Part shown: positions 1 to 10,225 of the stretch, one piece after another | How the letters are laid out: every line of letters begins with the position of its first letter | Numbering within the stretch: position 1 is the stretch's first letter | Source of the DNA: Chloroflexota bacterium | GTDB taxonomy: Bacteria > Chloroflexota > Dormibacteria > CF-121 | Reading direction: 5' to 3' | Assembly (NCBI GenBank): GCA_005880395.1 | Contig: VBHQ01000056.1 | Span: forward strand, 1-50,252 | DNA length: 50,252 nt | Translations under genes and position numbers: made by a program | The notes under the pieces: generated by a model | Told to the model about the DNA's origin: nothing | Seen by the model: the letters and a program-made list of their open reading frames with translations, nothing else | Databases searched by the model: none

Positions 1-219
1 CTGACTGAGGCCGTGAGCTTCGCTACGAGCCTGGCGAGCGGCCCTCGGCTGGCGATCGGCGAGATCAAGCTGGCAGCCAAAGAGGGCGTCGAGATGTCGC
101 TCGAGAGCGCGCTCGGGCTCGAGCGCGGGGGCATCTTCCGGCTCTTCGAGACGGCGGACGCGAAGGAGGGCATGACCGCCTTCGCGGAGAAGCGCAAGCC
201 GACCTGGAAGGGGCAGTAG
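1..219 (+). CDS. Enoyl-CoA hydratase/isomerase (crotonase) family, C-terminal part; 5' end is outside the window
   Basis: C-terminus ...LFETADAKEGMTAFAEKRKPTWKGQ is typical of crotonases; the frame is open to the left edge. Confidence 0.85.
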   Translation: MTEAVSFATSLASGPRLAIGEIKLAAKEGVEMSLESALGLERGGIFRLFETADAKEGMTAFAEKRKPTWKGQ

Positions 220-300
220 CTTCGACGCCTTGACGTAGCGGGGATTTCTTCCGAAACTGTTTGTGGCGCCGGCATCGCGTTGCGTTTGGGAGGGAGACCC

Positions 301-2173
301 GTGCGACGAATCGTCTTTTTGCCCGCTGTCTTCATGTTGCTTGGCATCCTCCCCGCCATTCCGGCGCACGCGACCGGCGGCGTTAGCGGGCTGGTGTGCT
401 CAGCTAAGCCGGCGTATGGGGGCGTCCAGATCTGTTCCGGGGAGGTGACCAGTTTCGACGGCACCCAACTCGATGTCGATCTGACCCTGCCGGCGACCGC
501 CGGAAGCCGCCATCCGCTGATGATCATGCTGCATGGGTTCGGCAACAACAAGCACGAGTGGGAATCGTTCAACGACGTGGCCGACAACGCCCGCTACTGG
601 CACTGGAACAACCACTGGTTCGCCGAACACGGCTACTACGTTCTGACCTACACCGCTCGCGGCTTCTACGACCCGGGCAGGGATCAGCCCTCCTATGAAC
701 CCCCTACGCCCGGCGGGTCGTCGGCAATGCCGAACGGCGTTCCGCCTGCCGATACGGCAACCATCCACATCAAGAGTAAGGAATTCGAGATCAAGGACAC
801 GCAATACCTGGCGGCGCTGGTCGCGGCCGCCTACCCAGATTTGGACCGCAATGCCGTCGCGATTACGGGCGGATCGTACGGCGGAGGCGAGAGCTGGCTC
901 CAGGCCAGCCTTGCCGCCAGCAGTTTGACCCCCGACGGGGGAACCGCCTGGAGTGCGTTTCCAGGGCTACCCTCTTTGCAGCTGCAAGTCGCAGTGCCGA
1001 AATATCCATGGACCGATCTTGCCTACTCATTGGCGCCGAACGGCCATGGTGGAGGCGCGACCTTCGACGATATCTATTCGTCGTCGCAGGGTAGCCCCGG
1101 CTCGTTCGAAGCCGACGAGAACCCGTTCGGCGTAGCCAAGCAGAGTTATGTGCTGGGCCTTTATGCGCTGGGCACCGCCACTGGCCGATTCGAGCAAGCC
1201 GAGTTCGTTCCGGCGCGTTCCCATGAGGAGACGGAAGACGGGCCAATCAGCACCGATGCCTGGTTGCTCCGCGCCAGCGAGGACCCGTATCCGAATGATC
1301 TGGACCGATTACCTGTTCGAGCCCATCGAGTCATTCCGGGCCTTCAATTACCTGAAGAGCCTCGACCCACGCTGGCCAGTTTCGGTGGCGGTGGCGGATG
1401 TCGGGCATCAGATCGCCCAGAACAAGCCCGATACGTGGCACCGCCTCAACGTGCGCGCCTGGGGATTTGTCCAATCCAACATCAATGGCGCGCATGATCG
1501 CCAGACGCATGTCTACAGTGAGCCGACGATTTGCGCGAACGACACGGACACCGATCAGAATCTGACAGCCGCCCAGCAGCTCGAAGGTCGCACGCCTGAG
1601 GATCTCTCGCATGGAACCATGACCATCAATTACCCAGGCGCCGATTCGTTTACTGAGCTATCGGGCACTGGCGATCCCGACGGCCTGGCAACGGACCCCT
1701 TGACGCCGGAAATTGTTCCGGGAAGTGCCGTGCCGCCCCCGTGTCGAGTCTCGGGAGCAGCGACATTCAGTGGGCGCTACAGCGCACTTTCCGAGACGGT
1801 CGACCGGCATGTTCTCTACGTCGGGCTGGGCGACGTCCAGGTCGACTACGTCCAGACCGGTGTTACTGCGCAGTTGGACGCACGCGTTTGGGATGTCGCC
1901 CCGAACGGGACGGCGATCTTGGTGACCCGCGGGACTTATCGCATCGATCCGGCAAAAGGCGATATCGGTGGAACGCTGCGACTTCCATTGTTTGGCAACC
2001 AGTGGAACATCGAGCTCGGCCATCGCATCCGGATCGATCTTTCTGAGGTCGACACGCCCTACCTTGTGCCCGGGAAGACGCCCAACACGCTGAATATCAG
2101 CGACATCCGGCTCGTGCTTCCGACGCGGGAGGCCACGACGTTGACGTTTGCGGGCTCACAAACGAGCGCCTGA
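301..2173 (+). CDS. Secreted CocE/NonD (peptidase S15-like) alpha/beta hydrolase, frameshifted near 1300
   Basis: GGGAGGGAG RBS before GTG301; signal peptide MRRIVFLPAVFMLLGILPAIPAHA; SFDGTQLDVD, YTARGF and nucleophile GGSYGGG; C-terminal half (WTDYLF...VGH...LDARVWDVAP...LVTRG) continues in ORF 1148..2173. Confidence 0.8.
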
Positions 2174-2189
2174 GAGTTCGCCGACCCGG

Positions 2190-4652
2190 CTATCTCAGCC
2201 AGGCCCGGGAGAGGGGCGGCAGGAGCACCAGCACGGCGGCCGTCGCGAGAAGGAGATCGAAGGCGCTCCAGAGCCCGAAGTCCCGCACGGCCGGCACCGG
2301 GCTGATCGCCAGCACCGCGAACCCCGCGATCAACGCCAGCGCGGAGGCCGCGATCGCCGGCCCGACGCCGGCCGAGGCCGTGACCGAGGCGGTCTCCGGC
2401 TCCACGCCGGCGCGGCGCTCAGACCGGCAGCGCGCGAGCCAGAGGACGCCAAATTCGGTGGCGAACGCCACCACCACGCCGCCGAGCAGGATCGTGATCG
2501 GACTCGACCGCTGATTGAATACGGTGCCAACGAGGAATAGCACCGCCGTCGCTGCGCCCGCGGCGACCACGGTAGGCAGGATCGCGAGGAGGGCCGGCAT
2601 TGCACGTCGATACCCGGCCAGAAGGACAGCGAGGACGAGCAGGATCGCGAGCGCCGTCAGGGTCAACTGTTCCCGTTGTAGCTCGGTCAGCGCCTGGTCG
2701 GCGAGCACGGCCAGTCCGGCGGGAAAGGCGCGATAGCCGGACGGCGGGCTGGCGCTGACGCTGTTGAGCTCGCCGACCAGCGCATGATCGCGGGCCACCG
2801 AGGTCACCTGGGTGAGCCCGAGGATGGAGAGCGCCATCCCATTCTTCGGGTCGTAGACGGCGCCGCTGAAGTATCCCGGGATGCGGCTCAAGATCAATGA
2901 GGTGCGGTTGGGGTCGGGCAGACTGCCTTGGTTGAAACCGGCCAGGAATCCGGGAAGGCTTTCAAGTGTTCGTAGGTCACCACCCGAACTGCTAGCAGCC
3001 TGGCGGCTCGTCGTGTCCAGCCATTTGACGGCCGCGCTTGACGACGGATCCTGACCCTGGAGGACGAGGTCGATCTCGCCGGCAACGCCGATCGCCTGGC
3101 GCACCTGCTGCGCATGGGCAAGTGCCGGGTCGCCCCCTGGGACCAACCGGCTCGGATCGGTCTCCATCTTGACGCCCGGAAGGGCCGCCCATCCCGCCAG
3201 GCCGATCAGGGTAAGGACCACCGCGGCGGCGATTGGCAACGACCCGATCGCCCGCATTCGCCGGCCCGTGGCGCGACGCATCATGGTCGGGGCGAACAGG
3301 CCTGGAAGGCGCCGCATCAGCAGGCCCAGGGCGGGAAGGCCGATCAGGTAATTCGCGACGTACGCCATCGCGACGCCGATCGCCATGAAGATGCCGAATT
3401 GCCGGACCAGCGGGATCCCCGAGACGGCAAATGCCAGCATGCCGGCAGCCGTGGCCAGCGCGGCAAGCCCGGTGGCCGGCAGCACCCGCCGAGCAACGGC
3501 AGCGAGTCGGTGCTCCGGTGGGAACTCCGGATCCATCATCCGATTGACCGACTGAATGAAGTAGTCGGTTGCCAGCCCGAGAACAACCGGCAGCACCACG
3601 AGCGTCGCCGGGGTAACCGGTACGCCCAGCCAGCCCGCCAGGCCGCCGGTCCACAGGGCAGCAACGCCGGCTACGGCGAGGCTCAACAACGTGCTGCGTC
3701 CGAGCGCCAGTAACGCGATGAGAAGCACCGCCAGCAGGGCGATCGGCACGAGGAGCTTCAAGGAGCTGAACACGGCATCAGCCACCGAGAGGGTCAGCAC
3801 AGGAGATCCGGAAGCGACGAATCGAAGGTCGTGAAGCTCCTTGAGATCCGAGGCGCTCGAGGCGCCATTGACGATCGCCAGGACCTGCCGCACCTGGTCG
3901 AGCGACGCGTTCCGGTTGAGCCGGACGGTGATGACGGCGTGGGAGGCGTCAGGGATGGCCCAGTTCCAGAAGGGCCGGATATGCTGGCCGTCCGGTTCGA
4001 GAAGCACGCCCGCGATAAAGGCCGGGTTGTTGATCGCGGGGACACCGAGCGCCGGGAAGGCTGCCGCGTAACGCTGGGCACATGCCGACACCGCCTGCTG
4101 AAATGCCTGCTGTCCCGCCTGGTCCTGCTGGGCCTGGGACTTTCCGGCGGCGATCGCCTGCTGTCGCGCGGCGTTTTCCGCCGTCTTGCCTTCCTGGCCG
4201 CAGGCGTTGAGCATTACGGCCGTGGTGCTGATCGCGAGCGTGTTGATCAAGGTGCCGGGGCCGTAGACCTTCTTGACGCCCGGCGCCAGGTGCAGCTTGC
4301 CTTCGAGGTGGGACAGCCCAACCATGTGGTCGGGAGTGATCAGCGATCCACCCGCCGCCGGCTGCGCCATGACCACGACCGGATCGGCGCCGAACGTATC
4401 CGCGAACAGCGCCTGATCTTTGTAGGCGGCCGAATTCTGGTCGACGAGCAGGTCGACGCGGGCGTCCGGTCGGAGGCGAAGGATGCCAAAAACGCTCGCC
4501 ACCGATACAAGGACGGCCAACGCCAGCAGCGCGAGCGGCCAGCGCGAGGGCAGATCGAAGATCGTGAATGACCGCGCCGGCGCTCCGGCGGCGGCGGCCG
4601 GCCGGACGTAATCCCTAGTGGCCAAGGAAGAGCGCAACCAGGTCCTGATCAT
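2190..4652 (-). CDS. MMPL/RND family transporter (start uncertain)
   Basis: Two repeats of TM1 + large extracytoplasmic loop + 5 TM; GLATDY in the first half and FATEF in the second; ..VRQFG.. and ..VRDFG.. motifs. Confidence 0.85.
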   Translation of the reverse strand: MIRTWLRSSLATRDYVRPAAAAGAPARSFTIFDLPSRWPLALLALAVLVSVASVFGILRLRPDARVDLLVDQNSAAYKDQALFADTFGADPVVVMAQPAAGGSLITPDHMVGLSHLEGKLHLAPGVKKVYGPGTLINTLAISTTAVMLNACGQEGKTAENAARQQAIAAGKSQAQQDQAGQQAFQQAVSACAQRYAAAFPALGVPAINNPAFIAGVLLEPDGQHIRPFWNWAIPDASHAVITVRLNRNASLDQVRQVLAIVNGASSASDLKELHDLRFVASGSPVLTLSVADAVFSSLKLLVPIALLAVLLIALLALGRSTLLSLAVAGVAALWTGGLAGWLGVPVTPATLVVLPVVLGLATDYFIQSVNRMMDPEFPPEHRLAAVARRVLPATGLAALATAAGMLAFAVSGIPLVRQFGIFMAIGVAMAYVANYLIGLPALGLLMRRLPGLFAPTMMRRATGRRMRAIGSLPIAAAVVLTLIGLAGWAALPGVKMETDPSRLVPGGDPALAHAQQVRQAIGVAGEIDLVLQGQDPSSSAAVKWLDTTSRQAASSSGGDLRTLESLPGFLAGFNQGSLPDPNRTSLILSRIPGYFSGAVYDPKNGMALSILGLTQVTSVARDHALVGELNSVSASPPSGYRAFPAGLAVLADQALTELQREQLTLTALAILLVLAVLLAGYRRAMPALLAILPTVVAAGAATAVLFLVGTVFNQRSSPITILLGGVVVAFATEFGVLWLARCRSERRAGVEPETASVTASAGVGPAIAASALALIAGFAVLAISPVPAVRDFGLWSAFDLLLATAAVLVLLPPLSRAWLR

Positions 4653-5620
4653 GAAGCGGTGGCGCCTGTGAGGTTGGTGACGTCGTGCAGTTGGATGCAG
4701 GCGCACTGCCGAGCTTGGTGGGGACGACCTGCACACGGACGAAATGGCCGTTGCCGTCCTGCCCGGCAAAGGCGGACCTGGTCTCGAGCACAGCCTGCAT
4801 CAGGCAAGGCAGCGCGGGGTTCACGCCGGTGATCACCGCGTCGAGCTCGGTGGCGACCGTCTGCAGCTGCTGGATGGTTGCCGGGCCCCTGGCCAAAATA
4901 TGCGCCAGGTTGCCGGAGTTGCCGCTCATCGCCGTATCGAGCTCCTGCATGACGGCCGCGGTGTAATCGATGCCGGATCCCATCGAGTCCTCGACCTGGA
5001 CCAGCCCGGATAGCACAAGGTCGGTATCGGCGATCTGGCGGTCGATTGGCGCGCTCTGCAGGTCACGATCCAGCTGCTCACTGGCGACGATCAGGCTGGC
5101 GATGTCGGTGTCGCGGTTATGGAGAACGGTGGTGGTCGCCGAGACATCCGCTGACGACTGACCGAGTGCCTGGAAGGCGGTGTTCATCTGGACGCCCCTT
5201 CCATCGGCCGCGCGTCCGAGTTCGACGAAGACGGTTTTGAGGTTGGCGCGGACATCCGGCTGCAGGGCGTTGATCACCTGGTCCAGGTCGGTGGCGACCG
5301 TCGTCCGAGAAAGCGGAATGAGGGCGCCATCCCGGAGCTGCCCGTTGGATCCGCCTTGCAAGTAAACATATTTCGGGCCGAGCAGGCCGTGTGGGCGGAT
5401 TGCGGCGGTGGTGTCGGCGTGCAGCTGATTCGCATAATGGCTGTCGAGCGAGAGCCGAACCAGCGCAAATCCGTTCTGGTAGTCGACGCCGTCGACCGAG
5501 CCAATCTTTGCCCCACTCAGCTCAACCCAAGCACCTGGGTTGAGCTCTCCATAGGCGCCTGCCTGCAAGCGCAGATGCATCGTGTGACTCCATGGCAGCG
5601 ACAGCGGAATGAAGACCAGG
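4615..5620 (-). CDS. MCE/MlaD family protein (6th subunit); true 5' end missing
   Basis: MCE domain (VELSGAKIGSV...AAIRPHGLLGPKYVYL) plus helical extension; in-frame LVFIPLSLPWSHT upstream of ATG5580 looks like the end of the N-terminal anchor, but no start codon precedes it. Confidence 0.85.
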
Positions 5621-7018
5621 CAGCGAGCCCAGCGGTAGCGATACCCCGGGCACTGACGGGCAGAGTGAGAGGCTGGGACTGGGTGTCGGCAACTTGGGCG
5701 GCGTCGGAGTCGGCATGCAGGGAATCGTCGGGGTTGCGCTTGGCGTCAGCGACGGGCAGGGCAGGGGAGAGACCGTCGGCGTCGGAACCTTTGGGGGTGT
5801 TGGCGTAGCCAGGCATTTCGGCAGCGGTAATTTTGGAAGCGTTGGCAGAGCCGGAATGACCAGCACTGGTGCCTGGCTCGCCGTCCCAGCGCCGGTCTGA
5901 CAGCCGGAGCTCGGCTTTCCATCGGCCGGGTCGCACGCGGACGCCTGGGCGTCGGCGACGAAGAACTGGCGGAGGATGTTCCCGTCGCCATCGGTGATCG
6001 ATGTGGCGCTGACGAGCTCCGGCTGGAGCACGCGGTTATTCGTATTGATCTGGCCGATCATCATCTGGCTGTCGCCGTAGACGAGTGTTAGCGTCCCGTT
6101 CAGCTGGCTCAGCAGCGGGTCGAGGGTGACGATCGTGGTGTGAAAGTTCTTTTCGTTACCGGCGAGGGTGGCATTGAAATCGCCCATCACGTTCCCCAGG
6201 TGGGTGATCAGGGCGGCGAGCGCCCGGTCGTTGCTGGCAAGCGTTCCAGTGACGTCGCTCATGCTGCCGACCAGGTCGCCGAGCTGCTGATGGCTCTGGG
6301 CCAGGCGATCGCTCACGATGCCGAGGTTGGCGATGATGCGATCGAGGTCGGCGGTGTGCTGATGGAACGTGCTGAGCGGAGCGACGGACTCCTTGGAGAG
6401 GCCGTTCAGCTGGGCCAGGAGATCGTTGATCGTTTCTTGCTGGCCCTGCAGGCCGCCGCCCGCTTGCTGGATCAGGGTTTGCAGCTCGGCACGCGTTTGG
6501 GGATCGAGCGCGCTCAGGAATTGGTCGAAATCGACGGGGCTCAGGGTGTTGTCGCTTTTGATGGTGCCGCCACTCCCAACCTCCCGGCCGCCGTCGACGG
6601 GAGTGATCTCGATGTACTTCTGGGCCAGCAGCGTCGAGTAGCGGACGCGAGCGGTGGTGAACTGATGAAGCGGCGCGTAATGCGGGGCGACGCGCAACGT
6701 GACCAGGGCCTTCGTCCCCGAAACCTCGACGCCGGTGACCTGGCCCACAGTGTGGCCGGCGATCACCACATCGGCGCCACGGTTGACGCCATTGGCGTCG
6801 GTGAACTCGGCTTTGACCGAATAGTCCTGTCCCGGCGGCACGAGGCTGAGGTTGAAGGGCAGACCGAAGCTGAGGTTGATCGCGAACGCCAGCAGACCGA
6901 TGACGAGCAGCCCGGCGAGCGTGAAGACCCCGGCCCGAAACTGTCGGGCGCTCACGGCTGCGCGCGACCGCCGCTCGATCGCCGACCCTCGCATCGAGCG
7001 GCTGGACCTGCCCATCAC
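5522..7018 (-). CDS. MCE/MlaD family protein (5th subunit) with Pro/Thr/Cys-rich tail; true stop probably lost near 5625
   Basis: N-terminal TM; ANGVNRGADVVIAGHTVGQV...RYSTLLAQKYIEI MCE domain; long helical region. Confidence 0.88.
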   Translation of the reverse strand: MMGRSSRSMRGSAIERRSRAAVSARQFRAGVFTLAGLLVIGLLAFAINLSFGLPFNLSLVPPGQDYSVKAEFTDANGVNRGADVVIAGHTVGQVTGVEVSGTKALVTLRVAPHYAPLHQFTTARVRYSTLLAQKYIEITPVDGGREVGSGGTIKSDNTLSPVDFDQFLSALDPQTRAELQTLIQQAGGGLQGQQETINDLLAQLNGLSKESVAPLSTFHQHTADLDRIIANLGIVSDRLAQSHQQLGDLVGSMSDVTGTLASNDRALAALITHLGNVMGDFNATLAGNEKNFHTTIVTLDPLLSQLNGTLTLVYGDSQMMIGQINTNNRVLQPELVSATSITDGDGNILRQFFVADAQASACDPADGKPSSGCQTGAGTASQAPVLVIPALPTLPKLPLPKCLATPTPPKVPTPTVSPLPCPSLTPSATPTIPCMPTPTPPKLPTPSPSLSLCPSVPGVSLPLGSLPGLHSAVAAMESHDASALAGRRLWRAQPRCLG

Positions 7019-8037
7019 TGGCCTCCGCTGCAGGCGAGCCGCGCCGGGTTCACCGGTTCGGTGCCCGCGAACGTGTAGGGGTGGACCCGTAGCAGGTTGC
7101 CTGCCGCATCGCGATACGACTGCGCACTGCGCATCTCGGCCAGCGTCTGCACGATGTCGGCCATGCAGGGGTCGAGGATGGCGAGCGAGGTCGCGGAATG
7201 GTCGGAAAGCGCCTGGAGCTCATCAAGCAGGGAGGGCATTGCGCGGAGCATGGTGTTGAGGTCGCGCTCATGTCCCTTGAGCCCGGCCGCCAGCTGACCG
7301 AGGGCCTGATCCGCGTAGACGAGTTCGGCTTTCAACTGCTCCTCGTGGGCTGCGGTCACGTCGAGCAAGCTGGCGCCGTTGCTGAGGTCTCGGCGGAAGG
7401 CCTGGTCCTCATTCGCCATCATCTGCGCGATTCGATCGAACTCGACATCCAGCGCGCTCAACTGCTGGTCCTGCTGGGCGATCTTGCCGGTCACGGCCGA
7501 GGTGTCCTGCATGATGCCGGGCAGCGCCGCCAGGAAGACGTTGAGATCCGAGCCTCGATTCGCCAATGACGCACCACCCTCACGGGTGAGTGTCTGAATT
7601 CGCGAGCGGGTTTGCGGATCGAAGAGGTCCATGACCTGGTCGAGGTCGACCGGAGACGCGGTGTCCTGCAATGGCAGGGTGCCGCCCGAGGGAATGCTCG
7701 CGGCGCTTCTCGGCCCGGCCGTCAGCTCGACAAAGGGATTTCCCAGAAGCCCCTTGGGGCGGATGGTCGCCCGCGTCCCCCGATGCAGCGGCGCCGAGGC
7801 ACCGTCCACCTGCAGGACGACCTGGGCGCCGCCCTGGCTGGCGCCATCATCGGGGGCCACCCCGACCGACACAACCTTCCCGACGCGCGCGCCATTGATG
7901 ACGACGTCGTTCTGGGCGACGAGGCCCTCGGCGCTGAGGAAATACGCCGTGATCGTGTAGGCGTGCCCACCGAACAAGCCGGTCGCCGTTCCGGTCAACA
8001 GGACGCCCGCCGCGACGATCCCGAGCAGAATCTTCAT
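7015..8037 (-). CDS. MCE/MlaD family protein (4th subunit)
   Basis: ATG8037 (MKILLG) overlaps the previous stop; AEGLVAQNDVVINGARVGKV...IRPKGLLGNPFVEL. Confidence 0.9.
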   Translation of the reverse strand: MKILLGIVAAGVLLTGTATGLFGGHAYTITAYFLSAEGLVAQNDVVINGARVGKVVSVGVAPDDGASQGGAQVVLQVDGASAPLHRGTRATIRPKGLLGNPFVELTAGPRSAASIPSGGTLPLQDTASPVDLDQVMDLFDPQTRSRIQTLTREGGASLANRGSDLNVFLAALPGIMQDTSAVTGKIAQQDQQLSALDVEFDRIAQMMANEDQAFRRDLSNGASLLDVTAAHEEQLKAELVYADQALGQLAAGLKGHERDLNTMLRAMPSLLDELQALSDHSATSLAILDPCMADIVQTLAEMRSAQSYRDAAGNLLRVHPYTFAGTEPVNPARLACSGGQ

Positions 8038-9194
8038 GGCGCCTTTCCGGCCGCCTGCAAGAGGAGGCTCGCAAGGTCGGGCGGGGCGGTCGGCACGGCG
8101 GACGTCGGCAGGCCGGGGGCCGTGGTCTTTTGTCCGCCTTGCGGCGACTGCAGGTTGCCGAAGATGCGCAGGCAATTCGTCTGCGGGACGCCGCACCGCT
8201 GCGCGAACGCGGAGATCCACTCCTGGGCCAGCACCAACGACTCTGTATCGCTGATGTTCAGCTGGTCATTGGGATAGCTGATCTGCCCGAGCAGCAGCTC
8301 CGGGAGCAGCTGGTCCACCTGGGGATTCGTCAGGCTCAGCACCCGGCTGCCGGCGGCGATCGTCGCCGGGCTCTTTTGCAGCGACGCGCGATCGGCGGGT
8401 GTGGCGCCGTTGAAAGCCTGGTCAAGCGAGCCGAAAACCGCCGCCCCGTTCTTCACGGTGCCCGCCAGCGCCTGGTCGCGGGAGGCGATCGCACTCATCA
8501 CCGTGTCGCCGCTGTCGACGATGTGCCCCAGCTGATCCTGCTCGTCGGCGAGCGCCTGCATGATGGTGTTGAGGTTGGTGAGGATGCGATCCAGCTCCTG
8601 CTGGCGGCTTTCACCGACCCGCGCCAGCGGCCGGAGGTTGGTCATCGTCTGGTCCAGCGGAGCGAGCGCGGCGCTGATATCGGCCTGGCGGCCGTCGAGC
8701 GCGACACCCAGCTCTCGAAACGACTCCGACATGGCTTTGCGGGTCGGCGCGTCCATGGCGTTGAGGATGTCGTCGATCTCGATCGCCTGACCGGTCTGCG
8801 ACTTTGGAATGGTGCCGCCGCTCGACAGGTACGGCTGGTCGCTTCCCTGCCGCCGGACGAGCTCGACGAACTTCTCCCCCAGCGTCGTCTTGGGACGAAT
8901 CACCGCGCGCACGTCCTGGCGAAGGTGGATGTCCGGTTGCAGCGCCATCTTGACCAGCGCCCCGCCGTCACTCGAATCGGTGATCTCGAGCACGTTGCCG
9001 ATGTGGACGCCGCTCACCCGGACCTCGGCCTGAGGCACCAGGCCGTTGGCGCTGCTGAAGTCGGCATTGATCAGGTACTCCTGGCTCCAGGGCCCATGCA
9101 GGCCCATGTTGAGGGCGATGAACCCGAGCCCAGCAAGACAGGCGGCGGCAAAGACGGCCACCACCGCGATGCTGACGACGATTCGGCGCGCCAT
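8034..9194 (-). CDS. MCE/MlaD family protein (3rd subunit)
   Basis: ATG9194 (MARRIVV); ANGLVPQAEVRVSGVHIGNV...IRPKTTLGEKFVEL. Confidence 0.9.
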   Translation of the reverse strand: MARRIVVSIAVVAVFAAACLAGLGFIALNMGLHGPWSQEYLINADFSSANGLVPQAEVRVSGVHIGNVLEITDSSDGGALVKMALQPDIHLRQDVRAVIRPKTTLGEKFVELVRRQGSDQPYLSSGGTIPKSQTGQAIEIDDILNAMDAPTRKAMSESFRELGVALDGRQADISAALAPLDQTMTNLRPLARVGESRQQELDRILTNLNTIMQALADEQDQLGHIVDSGDTVMSAIASRDQALAGTVKNGAAVFGSLDQAFNGATPADRASLQKSPATIAAGSRVLSLTNPQVDQLLPELLLGQISYPNDQLNISDTESLVLAQEWISAFAQRCGVPQTNCLRIFGNLQSPQGGQKTTAPGLPTSAVPTAPPDLASLLLQAAGKAP

Positions 9195-10225
9195 CAGCCC
9201 GCCGAGAAGCACTGATCGGCGCAATAGACGCGCCACATGTGCACCCAATCGCTTGGATTCGTGCCAGGCTCGTTGGGATGTCCGATGCCGCTCATGACCG
9301 AGGCGAGCTCGATGAACAGCTGCTTGATGCCGGGGGTGTCCTGCTGCACGATGCCGAACATGGTGCTGGCGCCGCCCAGGTAGTGGTCGGCGTTGTCGAC
9401 CATGGGCGAGCCCTGCGCGATCGCGCTCTGAAGCCCCTGGGCGCCGCCGCCGCTCAACGCCTGGTCGAGGATCGACATGACGCGGTCCTGCTCGACGATC
9501 GTTCCTTGCAGGTTCTGCTCACGGGAGGCGAGCGTCGCCATGACGTTGTCCCAATCCGCGATCATCGCCCGGAAATCGGCATGCCAGGCGGCCAGCGTTT
9601 GCATCACTTTGCTCAGATCGGCGATCAGGGCGTCGAGATGGTCCGAGTTGCTGGCCAGCGTGTGGGCGAGCGCCTGAAGGTCGACCGCGAGCGACGAAAG
9701 ATCGGATGCCGAGGCATTCATGTCCTGACCGCGACCGGCGGTCGCCTGGCCGAGCGAGTTGATCACAACATCGAGCTGGTCGCGCACCTGGGGGTCCAGC
9801 GCGTTCAGCACCTGGTCGATCTCGACCGGCGTCAGCGTATGGCTCTCGTCAATCGTTCCGCCGTCGGCGATGGTGCCCTGGGCCTGGTCGCCGCGGTTGA
9901 CCTCGATGTAGGTCTCGCCCAGGAGGTTCTTCTGCCGGATCACGGCTCGCGCATCCTTGAAGAGCGGCGTGAAATCGCGATGCAGGAGCATGGTTACTCG
10001 CGCGCTTCCCGACGCCGGCGACAGGCTCTCGACTTTGCCGACGCGTAGCCCCGCCATCGTTACGTCATCGCCGGGCACCAGGTCGGCGCCGGTCTTGAAG
10101 ATGGCGGTGACGCGATAGCCGCCAAGAACGAACTCGCCGCCCATCTGCGCCGCCAGGAAACCGGTTACGAGCAGCGCGATCACGCAATAGGCAAGAAAGA
10201 CGGGAAGGTTGGTGCGGCTTCTCAC
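9194..10225 (-). CDS. MCE/MlaD family protein (2nd subunit)
   Basis: N-terminal TM; GADLVPGDDVTMAGLRVGKV...IRQKNLLGETYIEV. Confidence 0.9.
   Translation of the reverse strand: MRSRTNLPVFLAYCVIALLVTGFLAAQMGGEFVLGGYRVTAIFKTGADLVPGDDVTMAGLRVGKVESLSPASGSARVTMLLHRDFTPLFKDARAVIRQKNLLGETYIEVNRGDQAQGTIADGGTIDESHTLTPVEIDQVLNALDPQVRDQLDVVINSLGQATAGRGQDMNASASDLSSLAVDLQALAHTLASNSDHLDALIADLSKVMQTLAAWHADFRAMIADWDNVMATLASREQNLQGTIVEQDRVMSILDQALSGGGAQGLQSAIAQGSPMVDNADHYLGGASTMFGIVQQDTPGIKQLFIELASVMSGIGHPNEPGTNPSDWVHMWRVYCADQCFSAG

Noticed and set aside
1290-1310. Programmed frameshift in the CocE gene
   Set aside because: No slippery heptamer seen, and sequence appears missing between DPYPND and WTDYLF
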